From an uncultured Nitrososphaerota archaeon (GTDB lineage Archaea; Thermoproteota; Nitrososphaeria; Nitrososphaerales; Nitrosopumilaceae), in contig CAWGPD010000004.1 of NCBI GenBank assembly GCA_963824385.1, positions 32,001 to 96,000 on the forward strand: a stretch of DNA of 64,000 nucleotides, in the 5' to 3' direction. Shown piece after piece: positions 30,990 through 41,672 of the stretch; the first letter of the stretch is position 1, and the number at the start of each line of letters is the position of its first letter. Below the pieces are notes generated by a model. That model did not search any database. It saw nothing but the letters and a program-made list of their open reading frames with translations, and was not told the DNA's origin. The position numbers were made by a program, and so were the translations under genes.

Positions 30990-31508
30990 CTAGAATGTCC
31001 TGCCCTTTTGCAATTGACATAGGACATCAAAGTATGCTTTTATTTGTGCATGAGACGGATTTAATTCTTTGATTGCAGCTATGTCTACATTCAATTGTTC
31101 TAGTTTAGAATAAATTTCCTTATCTTCCAATGTATCTATTAATGCTTCAAGTTTGAATGGTTTTTTCATTATCTCAGTTATTTGTTTGAGACTTTTGACC
31201 GATTCAAAGAAAGTCTCTTGAACATAACCAGAAGCAAAGATTATTCTCTGATGAGGATTTATTTTTAGAATTTCTTTTGCAGTCTCAAGTCCATTTTTAA
31301 TTGGCATTTGATAATCTAAAATGACTGCATCAAAAGGAGGCACTGTATCATCAGGAGTATTTTGAGATTCTTCTATACGATAAATCTTCAAGCATTCATC
31401 GCCATTATTAGAGGTTGTAACCTTGTGTCCTTTTTCTTCTAAAACATACACGTATTGATCTAAGATATCTTTCTCATCCTCAGCTATCAGAACATGCATG
31501 AATCCCAA
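30990..31508 (-). CDS. Response regulator receiver with short C-terminal extension
   Basis: IAEDE, ILDYQMP..NG, FASG, KKPF. Confidence 0.9.
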   Translation of the reverse strand: MGFMHVLIAEDEKDILDQYVYVLEEKGHKVTTSNNGDECLKIYRIEESQNTPDDTVPPFDAVILDYQMPIKNGLETAKEILKINPHQRIIFASGYVQETFFESVKSLKQITEIMKKPFKLEALIDTLEDKEIYSKLEQLNVDIAAIKELNPSHAQIKAYFDVLCQLQKGRTF

Positions 31509-31749
31509 ATGTTGGATATGACATATATCTCATTTGCAAGTTTGTCCAGTTCGAATCAGACACAGATTAATCTAAAGGCACTACATAGACCATGTAAGAT
31601 CTGAGGACCTTGCCTATCATTCCCAAAAGACATGCAGTGATTCTCAGTTCTTGATTTTTCCCAATGGTCAACAATATGCCAAATTGGAACTTCTCATAGG
31701 CATATTATTGCAGATTGTGTTATCTATCAAGAAGGAGAAGTTCAGTTAA

Positions 31750-33505
31750 ATGAATCAAATGTGGTATGTAACCATTCTAGTATTTACAATATCAGTAAGT
31801 GTTCTAATTCACTATTCCTACGGGGAAATAACCAGTGTAGACACAGGATGGGGAAATAGAGGAATTGGGGTAGACCCAACAACTGATAAAATATACGTAA
31901 CAGACTCGGTCACAAGTAACATTTCGGTAATTGATGGATTTACAAATAAAATCACAAATTCTATACATCTTGGAAGTAATTCACTTTTTTCAAATGCAGG
32001 TGCAGCACGAGCTGATGTCAATCCCATAACAAACATCATCTATGTTACAGACAGGCTAAACAATCATGTAACTGCAATAAATGGAAGTACAAATACAATA
32101 ATTGCAAACATACAAGTACAAAGTAATCCTTGGGGGATATCAGTAAATCCTTCTACCAATAGAATATACGTAACAAACCTACTATCAAATTCTGTTTCAG
32201 TAATAGACGGCTCTACAAACAATGTCATTTCAAATATTCAAGTTCAAAATGGCCCATGGGGGATCATTGCAAATCCTACAACCAATCTTGTTTATGTTGC
32301 AAATAGTCTTTCAAACTCAATTTCAATCATAGATGGCACAAACAATACAGTAATTGGGAACATACCGCTAGATGGAGGTCCATGGGGAATCACACTAAAT
32401 CCCCTAACTAACATAATCTATGTGAGCCATTGGGGGGCAGGTACAGTATCGGTTATCAATGGTACTGATAATCAAATCATAGCAAATATCCCAACAGATG
32501 CAGGTTCATGGGGAATTATTACAAATCCATTAACAAACAAAATTTATCAAACAAGTGAACAAACAGGAGATATTTTTGAAATAGATGGCAATACAAATAC
32601 TGTCATAAATCAATTCAAGTCAGGAATTTCTGCACGTGAGATTGCAATAAATCCAATTACAGACAAGATCTATGTATCAAGTTTATTTTCAAATAATCTT
32701 CAAGTCATTGATGTTCCATCAGGCATAGACAACTCAACTTCCTCATCAGACAATCTGAATCAAACATTAGGAAATCTTGGAACACCACCAAATACAATAA
32801 AGATAACACCTGAACAGCTTTCCAACATAATTGGAAATAGCACACTATTAAAAATGAGCCCAGAACAACTGGCCGAGATGTTAAAAAGTGATCCAACTCT
32901 TAATTTATCTCCATCCCAATTGGAAAAGATCTTGGGAAATAATTCTACATTGGCTCAATATCTCAATAGTACCACAGCACAGAATTCTACATTGAAAATT
33001 AGTTCACAACAACTGGCCGAGATGTTAAAAAGTAATCCTACTCTTAATTTGTCTCCATCCCAATTGGAGAAGATCTTGGGAAATAATTCTACATTGGCTC
33101 AGTATCTTAATAGTACCGCAGCACAGAATTCTACATTGAAAATTAGTCCACAACAACTGGCCGAGATGACTGGGGATAATAATATGATGGGTATGACTCC
33201 TGCCCAATTAGAAAAAATGCTAGGAGACAATGCCACATTAGAATCTTACTCTTGACAAACTACAGGAATTCATGAATACTAATACCACAAAGAATTTTAA
33301 TTCCACCATTTCCTTTGCCCCAGGAGACATGGCAAACCTTACTCAGGATTTAATCAAATCCCAATTAAATAATGTCACACAGACCAATCAAACTAATTTG
33401 AATACGATTATTCTCCATGTCATGTGTACAGTAAAAACGGGAGATCTTAGCAAGTTATTTGACAACATGGCAATGCCGCTATCAGATTGCCAAATTGGAG
33501 AATAA
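31750..33505 (+). CDS. Secreted YVTN/YncE beta-propeller protein with repetitive helical stalk; +1 frameshift at ~33250
   Basis: Seven P.GI..NP.TN.IYV.N repeats; corrected frame joins ORF 33272-33505. Confidence 0.8.
32865..33168 (+). repeat. Intragenic 144-bp near-perfect tandem repeat x2
   Basis: caactggccgagatg at 32866, 33010, 33154. Confidence 0.8.
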
Positions 33506-33657
33506 GTCAAATCTAGTCATACACTCGATCAGACGGGTAACTTGAATTGAAAGCTTATCTCATCTAAACAATCACGTGTTTTTAAATCACTTTTATGTAC
33601 TTGGTACAATGACTAGAAAATTTTTTTGGCATAATTTAGCATAGGTGTAATGTAATC

Positions 33658-35538
33658 ATGCAAAATGAGAAAAGACAAATTCAGTTAGATTTGGTAACAA
33701 AAATGATAGAGGTGATACTTTTCAAAGTAGGGTTTGGAAAAGATTTTAAGTTGAACAAAATTAACATCCCAATTGAAACTCGGAAGAAACACTTGCCAAT
33801 GATTTCATTATATGAAAAAATAATAAAAATATCTACCAATAACGAAATAAAATCTCAGCCAAATTTTGACATGATATTTTTTGGTTTGGCAAATTTTTAT
33901 TATAACATAAACGAATATTCAAAGGCACTACAAAAAATTGATTTTCTTTTAACTCTGGATTCATGCAATGTATATATTTTATACAGCAAAGGAGTGTTGT
34001 TGGAATTATCAAAACTTCCTGAAAAAGCAACAGAATGCTATGAATCAATATTACGAATAAAACCAGATCATGTATCTGCGCTATATAACAAAAGTGTACT
34101 AGATGCAAGATCAGGAAGATATGATAAAGCAATAGAATCACTAGATAAAATTATTACAATTGAACCCAAACATGTTTTATCACAATGTGATAAGGGCATA
34201 CTTTTACTTGAAATGAGTCAGTTCAGAGAAGCAATTACGTGTTTTAATCAAGTATTGGATGTAAATTCAAAACACCTGTCTGCACTATACAACAAAGGAG
34301 TCGCACTAGAATCACTGTCAAGGTTTGATGAGGCGTTAGAGTGTTACGAGTCCGTATTAGCTACAAAGCCAGACCATGCATCAGTATTATCTCGCAAGAA
34401 ATCATTGTTAGAGATATTAGATTTATACAACAAAGGAGTCGCACTAGAATCACTGTCAAGGTTTGATGAGGCGTTAGAGTGTTACGAGTCCGTATTAGCT
34501 ACAAAGCCAGACCATGCATCAGTATTATCTCGCAAGAAATCATTGTTAGAGATATTAGATTTATACAACAAAGGAGTCGCACTAGAATCACTGTCAAGGT
34601 TTGATGAGGCGTTAGAGTGTTACGAGTCCGTATTAGCTACAAAGCCAGACCATGCATCTGCAGTATCGCACAAGAAATCATTGTTAGAGATATTAGATTT
34701 ATACAACAAAGGCATTTCATTACTTGAGACTGGTCATCTAAAAGATGCAATTACGTGTTTTAACAAAGTATTGGATGTAAATTCAAAACACCTGTCTGCA
34801 CTATACAACAAAGGAGTCGCACTAGAATCACTGTCAAGGTTTGATGAGGCGTTAGAGTGTTACGAGTCCGTATTGGCTACAAAGCCAGACCATGCATCAG
34901 TATTATCTCGCAAGAAATCATTGTTAGAGATATTAGATTTATACAACAAAGGAGTCGCACTAGAATCACTGTCAAGGTTTGATGAGGCGTTAGAGTGTTA
35001 CGAGTCCGTATTAGCTACAAAGCCAGACCATGCATCAGTATTATCTCGCAAGAAATCATTGTTAGAAAGATTAGATTCATACGAAAAAGGCATTTCATTA
35101 TTTCAAATGGGCCTCTTGGAGGAAGCAATTACATGTTTTAATCAAGTACTAGACGCAAATTCAAAACACCTGTCTGCACTATACAACAAAGGAGTCGCAC
35201 TAGAATCACTTTCCAAATTTGAAGAAGCATTGCAGTGCTATCAGTCCATAATACAACAAAATCCTCAATATGAGGATGCAGTGTTACAAGCAGGAAAGAT
35301 CCTGTCTTCTTTGGAAAGACATGATGAAGCCATAAAAATCTACGATTTAGGACTAAAATCCAATCCAAATGATGTCAGTATGTTATATTACAAATCCAAG
35401 AGCATGCTTAAACAAGGAAAAGACGAAGATGTGACAAAAATCCTCAATCACATGCTTTCTCTAGATGCCAGATATATTGAACTCTTGAAAAATGAAATAG
35501 ATTTTACAAAACATATCAGGCCCATCGCAAGCACGTAA
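33658..35538 (+). CDS. Tetratricopeptide-repeat protein
   Basis: Repeated ALYNKG..L..L.RFDEA..CY...L...P. Confidence 0.9.
   Translation: MQNEKRQIQLDLVTKMIEVILFKVGFGKDFKLNKINIPIETRKKHLPMISLYEKIIKISTNNEIKSQPNFDMIFFGLANFYYNINEYSKALQKIDFLLTLDSCNVYILYSKGVLLELSKLPEKATECYESILRIKPDHVSALYNKSVLDARSGRYDKAIESLDKIITIEPKHVLSQCDKGILLLEMSQFREAITCFNQVLDVNSKHLSALYNKGVALESLSRFDEALECYESVLATKPDHASVLSRKKSLLEILDLYNKGVALESLSRFDEALECYESVLATKPDHASVLSRKKSLLEILDLYNKGVALESLSRFDEALECYESVLATKPDHASAVSHKKSLLEILDLYNKGISLLETGHLKDAITCFNKVLDVNSKHLSALYNKGVALESLSRFDEALECYESVLATKPDHASVLSRKKSLLEILDLYNKGVALESLSRFDEALECYESVLATKPDHASVLSRKKSLLERLDSYEKGISLFQMGLLEEAITCFNQVLDANSKHLSALYNKGVALESLSKFEEALQCYQSIIQQNPQYEDAVLQAGKILSSLERHDEAIKIYDLGLKSNPNDVSMLYYKSKSMLKQGKDEDVTKILNHMLSLDARYIELLKNEIDFTKHIRPIAST
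34285..35076 (+). repeat. Near-identical 138-bp (46-aa) repeat x5 in TPR gene
   Basis: Units start 34285, 34423, 34561, 34801, 34939. Confidence 0.88.
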
Positions 35539-35568
35539 GACTGAACAATATAATTTTCATTCAAACAG

Positions 35569-35589
35569 AAATGTTTACTCTGAACATAC
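35569..35589. promoter_or_regulatory. Island motif upstream of receiver gene
   Basis: ATGTTT-ACTCT-GAACATAC, core ends 40 nt before ATG 35626. Confidence 0.65.
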
Positions 35590-35625
35590 AAGATTCTATA
35601 TCATAAATTCTTCTTGATATCAGTA

Positions 35626-36120
35626 ATGCAAGACTGGTTCATGCGAATACTAGTAGCTGAAGACTACAAGGAGTTGGCAGATGCATATAAAATGGCATTG
35701 GAGGCAAGAGGCCATCTAGTGACAACTACAAGGGACGGAATAGAATGCATACAGACGTATAAAGAATTTGTAAAATATGGGGCGGATGGAGCACAAGCAG
35801 ATAAATCATATTTTGATGCAGTCATATTGGATCATTACATGCCTGGAATGGATGGAGTAGACGTAGCAAAAGAGATACAGAAAATAAATCCCAAACAAAG
35901 AATAATTTTCATATCTGGAGGCGGTAGAACAGTCATAAAAAAATTCAGAGAAATAAAAGAAAATGTGGAGTTTATGAACAAGCCATTTACATTACATGCT
36001 TTAATCACACAAATCGAGAGTTGGCCACTACACATGTGGCGTGTAAGAGCTAGACAAGGATTTAAGGAGTGGGACGGAGAAGAAGGAACTTCAGTTCCAG
36101 TAGGACCAAGTAGAGCATAA
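35626..36120 (+). CDS. Response regulator receiver
   Basis: LVAED, ILDHYMPGMDG, FISG, NKPF. Confidence 0.9.
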   Translation: MQDWFMRILVAEDYKELADAYKMALEARGHLVTTTRDGIECIQTYKEFVKYGADGAQADKSYFDAVILDHYMPGMDGVDVAKEIQKINPKQRIIFISGGGRTVIKKFREIKENVEFMNKPFTLHALITQIESWPLHMWRVRARQGFKEWDGEEGTSVPVGPSRA

Positions 36121-36250
36121 TAAAACAGAATATGAAAAATAGGAATAATTGTTTGTCTGTTTTGCACACATAAGGACATACAAGCGAGACTATAGACGTT
36201 AATCAAGTGGCACATTCTTTGATAGACAATACCAAAAATATTAGATTCGG

Positions 36251-37723
36251 ATGATGGATATGGATAATCATAAAACAAGTACAAGTTTGAGAATTGGCAT
36301 ATCCGTCGGGATGATCATAATGATGCTAGGTCTTGCAATATTCCTCAATATATTTACGACATATACAATTACAAATCAAATGAAGGCATTATCGGATTTG
36401 AATATCCCAATAATGCATGAAATATCTAGCATATATACAATACAACAAATGCAATACCAAAGTTTTGATAATATTATAGCATATCAAAAAATTGACAATT
36501 CAGAGAATTATAAATTTTCACAGAACCAATTTGAATCATATAACAATCAATTTGATTATCAGATTAAGAAAATAAATGAATTGATAAACAGATATCCAAA
36601 TTATGGACTTGATGATGATACTAACAAAGATCTTAGTCCAATAATTACAAATCTAAACGAAATTGAATCAATTCACTCACAATATGTACAAAAAGCAACT
36701 CAGATTTTTGATTCTCAGGATAAAAATAATGTAAAAAATTCAGACCCAATGCAAACTGCATTAGAAACTAAGCAAAATCAGTTGAACCTAAAGATATCAA
36801 TATTGGATAGTGATATTCAAAATCTCACGGATGTGTTGGGAACTAAAGCAGATGAAAGTAAACAAAAATCAGTTACATTGCAGGCTGTAATTATAATCTC
36901 TGCAGGAATTATCTCACTGGCGCTAGGATATTTTTTGAATCTAATCAACAAAGATCTTATACAAGAGGTAATTAGAAAAACAAGATCTCTTCAGAAAGCA
37001 AATAGAAAACTAGAAAGAATAAGCGTCCTTAAAGATGATTTTATCAATATTGCATCACATGAATTAAAGAGCCCGCTTCATCCGATATACGGCTTTGTAG
37101 AACTTGCACAAAATGGGGACATTGGAACAGATGAGGCTCTTGCAGGGATATCAAAACAGGCACGACAGTTAGAAGAAGTGGCCAATAGAATTCTTGACAT
37201 TGGAAGAATAGATAATGGAATTCTACAACTATCATATGAAAAATTTGACCTAAGTGACTTGTTGCTAGAGATAACATCATCATACAGATCAAACGAAAAG
37301 ATAAAGATTGAAACAAATGTGGAAAAAGGGATCGAGGTAGAAGCAGATAGGATAAGAATTGGTCAAGTGATTCGTAATTTAATTAATAACGCATTGAAAT
37401 TTACTGAAGCTGGTATAATACAAGTTACTACTCAATATGATTTAGAAAAAAACTTGGTTGAAGTTATTGTAAGCGATAGCGGATCTGGGATTCATCCAGA
37501 CATATTACCCAATTTATTTAATAAATTTGCTACAAGGGGACCCAAAACAGAATCCTGGAAAGGCAACGGATTAGGACTATACTTGTGTAGAGGAATAATT
37601 AATGCACATGGAGGCCGCATTTTTGCATACAACAACAAAGAAACTGGGGCTACCATCAAGTTTACTATTCCAATCATGAGACATCTGAGTGCAAGAGAGT
37701 TACACCAGAAAATAATGAACTAG
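36251..37723 (+). CDS. Membrane sensor histidine kinase
   Basis: Two TMs flanking a helical sensor; ASHELKSPL, NLINNALKFT, DSGSGI, GNGLGL. Confidence 0.93.
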   Translation: MMDMDNHKTSTSLRIGISVGMIIMMLGLAIFLNIFTTYTITNQMKALSDLNIPIMHEISSIYTIQQMQYQSFDNIIAYQKIDNSENYKFSQNQFESYNNQFDYQIKKINELINRYPNYGLDDDTNKDLSPIITNLNEIESIHSQYVQKATQIFDSQDKNNVKNSDPMQTALETKQNQLNLKISILDSDIQNLTDVLGTKADESKQKSVTLQAVIIISAGIISLALGYFLNLINKDLIQEVIRKTRSLQKANRKLERISVLKDDFINIASHELKSPLHPIYGFVELAQNGDIGTDEALAGISKQARQLEEVANRILDIGRIDNGILQLSYEKFDLSDLLLEITSSYRSNEKIKIETNVEKGIEVEADRIRIGQVIRNLINNALKFTEAGIIQVTTQYDLEKNLVEVIVSDSGSGIHPDILPNLFNKFATRGPKTESWKGNGLGLYLCRGIINAHGGRIFAYNNKETGATIKFTIPIMRHLSARELHQKIMN

Positions 37724-37743
37724 TACGTTCAGATCGAACACAC
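37723..37743. promoter_or_regulatory. Island motif upstream of receiver gene
   Basis: GTACGTTC-AGATC-GAACACAC, core ends 38 nt before ATG 37778. Confidence 0.65.
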
Positions 37744-37777
37744 TAATCTTAATCATACGAATCAATCAAGACAGCAT

Positions 37778-38182
37778 ATGGGTTTAGACATCCTAGCAGC
37801 TGAAGACAATCAATTTGCAGGATTACAATATAAGAAAATCTTTGAAAAACACCAACATAGCATAACCATAGCAAGAGATGGCGAAGAATGTGTAGAACTG
37901 TACAAAAAGAAACTAGAATACAGTCATGATGGTAGTGAACCGTTTAATGTTGTCTTACTTGATTTTATAATGCCAAAGAAGAATGGTGTTAGAGTAGCAA
38001 AAGACATACTAGAATTAAGACCAAGTCAGAAGATAATTTTTGTCTCAGCTTTTGGAAATGGGGTTTTGGATGACGCCATGGCCATTCTAAAAGACTCGGT
38101 AGAGATTATTCAAAAACCATTCTCTTTAGAGTTTTTGGTAAAAAAGCTTGAAAATAGCTATGCGTTAAAAAACATGCATTAA
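37778..38182 (+). CDS. Stand-alone response regulator receiver
   Basis: AAED, LLDFIMP..NG, FVSA, QKPF. Confidence 0.9.
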   Translation: MGLDILAAEDNQFAGLQYKKIFEKHQHSITIARDGEECVELYKKKLEYSHDGSEPFNVVLLDFIMPKKNGVRVAKDILELRPSQKIIFVSAFGNGVLDDAMAILKDSVEIIQKPFSLEFLVKKLENSYALKNMH

Positions 38183-38266
38183 AATCACAGTTTATTCCAT
38201 TTTGGACGTAATTATTTAAAAAAATTGCAGAGTAGCTTATCTATTGAAAATCAATAATACCTGTAA

Positions 38267-38569
38267 TTGACAGACACCATAATACTAAACCTTCCACATG
38301 CAATGGTCCAGAGCATTAATGACGTATGTAAAAAAGGAAGTTATACTAGACAGGAATTAATCCGAGTCGCAATATCTAAGATGCTTTTTGAGCAATTCAA
38401 ACCAGCACCTGAATCAAACAGTATCATCTCTGAAGAAAAATATTCAGACTCTCAAACAAACTCCGAGAATTCAAACTATGAGATTCCATTGGACAAGATA
38501 ATTTCTGTGCGATATACCCTTGACGATGGAAAAGTAATTCACATAATGCGCGGAAAAAAACAGAATTAA
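38267..38569 (+). CDS. Ribbon-helix-helix (CopG-like) protein
   Basis: TIILNLP..MV..IN..CK.G.YTRQELIRVAI. Confidence 0.6.
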   Translation: MTDTIILNLPHAMVQSINDVCKKGSYTRQELIRVAISKMLFEQFKPAPESNSIISEEKYSDSQTNSENSNYEIPLDKIISVRYTLDDGKVIHIMRGKKQN

Positions 38570-38595
38570 GTTTCCAGCATAATAATCATATTAGA

Positions 38596-39691
38596 TTATC
38601 GAGTATAGGTATTTTTTACTTCATATTTTGGAACAATATTTTTTGGCAATCTTATTGTAAAAATAGTAGGGGGAGATCTAACTGTCAATGTACCTCCGTG
38701 TTGTTCTATTATGTTTTTACATATAGAGAGTCCCAAGCCCGTACCAGTTTGCCGGGTTGTAAATAATGGATCAAATATTTTGGATTGTATCTCAGGCGGA
38801 ATTCCAGAACCCGTATCTTCAAATTCAATTTGTACCGAATAATCCAAATCGGTTGTACGTATTTTTATTTCCCCATTTTCATCCATAGACTTGTATTGCA
38901 TTACTTAATATGTTAGAAAAAACAGCTTCAAGTTTTCTTGAATCACAGTTTATTTGCATATCAGCATATGGTTTAGATATTTTAACCCCTACAGGAATCA
39001 AGGTATTTCCAATAGCGCCATCAACTATTGAAAGAAGAGACGTTTGTTCCAACATCAGGTCTGATCTCTTAACGAAATTTAATACATCATCTATCTGATG
39101 TGTCATTCTCTGAATTGCTCTATCAAATCTTCCAAAATGCTGTAATTTTTCATCGATTCTCATAGTTGGTTTAGCCCGCATTATATCCATAGTATTTTTA
39201 ACAATGGAGAGAGGATTTCTCAAGTCATGAGCAAGTCTTGCGGCCAATTCTCCTATCACTGTAAACTTTTCTGCCCTTATCAAGTCCTGAGTTTTTTCAT
39301 CCACCTGTTTTGCAAGAAAGTCCCGCTGCATAGACAATTCTTTTTCTTTTGATAGAACTACATCTAATTTTGATTTCAAATCTCGCGTCATCTGATCATA
39401 ATGAGATTTTTGTTTCTCAAGTTCAATATTTGATCTTGTCAGTTCATCATTTTTTTTGTTCAAAGAGGCACTAATATCAAGTAAAAATCCCACTTTATCT
39501 TGTAAATCATGATTAATGCCAGATAACTCCTTTATTTTCTCCATGGATTCGCTTGCAATAATTGTTAACCTAGTTTCCTTTTCCTGAAGTTCATGTCTAG
39601 TTGCATCTAATTCCTTAAAGGCCCTACCTGTCAGTACACTAAGGTCCTCTATAAGAGACGACTTTTGTTGCTCAGGCTGAGGTTGTGACAA
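38596..39691 (-). CDS. Cytoplasmic histidine kinase with long coiled-coil N-terminus; +1 frameshift at ~38889
   Basis: LAHDLRNPL, NILSNAIQ in one frame; DTGSGI, FDPLFTT, GTGLGL in the next. Confidence 0.88.
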
Positions 39692-39734
39692 TCCAATATT
39701 AAATCACCCACGAGCTACATTAACCCTTATGGTT

Positions 39735-39755
39735 GTGTGTTTTAAACAAACAAAA
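39735..39755. promoter_or_regulatory. Island motif between divergent HK and USP genes
   Basis: GTGTGTTT-TAAAC-AAACA, 47 nt from HK TTG 39691. Confidence 0.55.
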
Positions 39756-39844
39756 ACGTGTTAGAAATAGAATGATTTAATTTTTCATCCTAAACAAGCT
39801 AAGTAATTTCTATACTAATTTCGTACAATAACATTACATGAGTA

Positions 39845-40285
39845 GTGAATAGTATGACCTTTAGCCATATTTTTGTCCCGTATGATGGATCAAATTATTC
39901 AAAACATGCATTTCATACAGCGTTAGAAATTGCTTTAAAGTTTGGATCAAAAATAACAATTGCCACTTGTTTGTATCAGCCTTCTGAAGATGAACCATTT
40001 TACACATCTGAACATGCCACATCAATTGGCAGTCTAAAGGATAATGCAATTTCAGAGTTGACCAAATTACAAAAAATGGCAGCTACAAGCAAAATTCCAA
40101 TTGTAGCTCATGCAATTTCTTGTCACTCCGTAGTTGAAGCAATAGTAACTTTTGTAAACTCTAACAAAGTGGATCTTGTAGTAATGGGTACCAGAGGTCA
40201 AACTGGATTCAAACCATTATTGATGGGAAGTGTATCAGTGGGAGTATCACAACATGCAATATGCCCCATATTACTTGTAAAATAA
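39845..40285 (+). CDS. Universal stress protein
   Basis: IFVPYDGS..S..A, DLVVMGTRG, MGSVS, CPILLVK. Confidence 0.92.
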   Translation: MNSMTFSHIFVPYDGSNYSKHAFHTALEIALKFGSKITIATCLYQPSEDEPFYTSEHATSIGSLKDNAISELTKLQKMAATSKIPIVAHAISCHSVVEAIVTFVNSNKVDLVVMGTRGQTGFKPLLMGSVSVGVSQHAICPILLVK

Positions 40286-40310
40286 ACTTAGAAATTTAGA
40301 TTTAATATTA

Positions 40311-40941
40311 TCATATAACTAGATTGTTAAAAGTTTTTGATGGATTATACATTCTTCTATAAATTATGATAAATCCTAAAAATTCTAATTGTTCAACAAG
40401 AAGTATCACATCAAGATTAATCATCCAACCGCCCATCATATCATTCATTATGGCATAAGTCATTGAGATGACTTGGTCAACATAGTTAACATTAGATATA
40501 TCAGTCAAAGTATTGCCAGGTCTGAGATTCATAATTTTATGTATCTCATTTGCATTCATTTTTTCTGCACCATAATTCAAAAAGAATCATTTGCGAAACA
40601 AGATGTTTCTCATCAGAATAGACTGTATTTCCTCGTTCAATCCATACAAGGGTGCTACCAAAATAAGCTATTAGTACCAAGGAAAAAACTATGGCAACTT
40701 TTCCAGATTTACCTTTAATTGTCTTTGTCAATTGATTCAAAAACAAGTCACCAAAACGTCCAAGTTTTCTTTTATGTGCTAAAAGTATTAGTACAAACAT
40801 GAGTGAGGAGACAAGACCTAGGCTTCCTATCCAATGTGCTGAAAAATAATTATAAAAGATCATCCTTACAGGAAGAAAAATTCCAGCAATTACTCCAAAT
40901 ACGATTAGTTTTTCTTTAATATCAGGCAGTCTGCTCCTCAA
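40311..40941 (-). CDS. Multi-TM membrane protein; +1 frameshift at ~40580
   Basis: ORFs 40546-40941 and 40311-40580 join if one base of an A-run is removed. Confidence 0.65.
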
Positions 40942-41072
40942 TGCCTACCATTCCCAAATATCCCATGGTGAAAGGAGGTTATTTGCCTATCTCTGATTGC
41001 TATTTTACATTAGGCATTGCATCAAATAATTTTAAAAATAATTTGACAGGGATGAACTTTTAATGAAATGAG

Positions 41073-41456
41073 TTATCTCGACCTAATTACCTTGTTTATA
41101 ATCAGTGCAACATTTGGTCTATCAAATGGTTTTATGATATAGTCTCTCGCACCAGCCTTCATTGCATCTTGTATAACGTGTTTTTGCTCTACTGCTGTAA
41201 CCATTACAACTTTGGCTCTGGGATTAATCCGCAAAATAGACTGGAGTGCATGAATGCCATCTGCTTTTGGCATGTTTACATCCATTGTAACCACATCTGG
41301 CTTGAATTGCTTGTAGGCCTCAACTGCAGCCAATCCATCTCCTGCCTCATAGATTTGAGACGCAAGACCATGTGAGATGAGAATGTCCTTTAATACAATG
41401 CGCATAAAGGATGCATCATCAACTATCAGGAATTTTACATTATTTACAACAGACAT
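41073..41456 (-). CDS. cheY: Chemotaxis response regulator CheY, second identical copy
   Basis: IVDDASFMR, TMDVNMP, VTA, KPF; identical to 45861-46244. Confidence 0.92.
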   Translation of the reverse strand: MSVVNNVKFLIVDDASFMRIVLKDILISHGLASQIYEAGDGLAAVEAYKQFKPDVVTMDVNMPKADGIHALQSILRINPRAKVVMVTAVEQKHVIQDAMKAGARDYIIKPFDRPNVALIINKVIRSR

Positions 41457-41508
41457 TTTACATTCCCATTCCTAAAGTTGGCGAGTTTTTTAGTAAGATG
41501 CCAACATC
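41073..41508. repeat. 436-bp direct duplication of 45861-46296 (cheY plus last 17 codons of cheW)
   Basis: No mismatch seen by eye; offset 4788. Confidence 0.9.
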
Positions 41509-41568
41509 TACAATTCGAGATGTGTTTGAATTTTTTCTAATCATGTTTCTTATAGAATGTATCTGCAT
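41458..41568 (-). CDS. 36-aa chimeric leader ORF ending in the CheW C-terminus
   Basis: [36 protein letters not shown]. Confidence 0.4.
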   Translation of the reverse strand: MQIHSIRNMIRKNSNTSRIVDVGILLKNSPTLGMGM

Positions 41569-41599
41569 AAACATGTTAGAACGAGTCTACATAATATTT

Positions 41600-41626
41600 C
41601 ATGTCTGTATATTTTGAACAGACATG
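41600..41626. promoter_or_regulatory. Island motif upstream of orphan cheY unit
   Basis: CATGTCTGTAT-ATTTT-GAACAGACATG (9-bp inverted arms); core 38 nt from ATG 41568. Confidence 0.55.
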
Positions 41627-41672
41627 TATGGAAATTATTTTATACAATATTTTGATAAACAGCATATAATTT

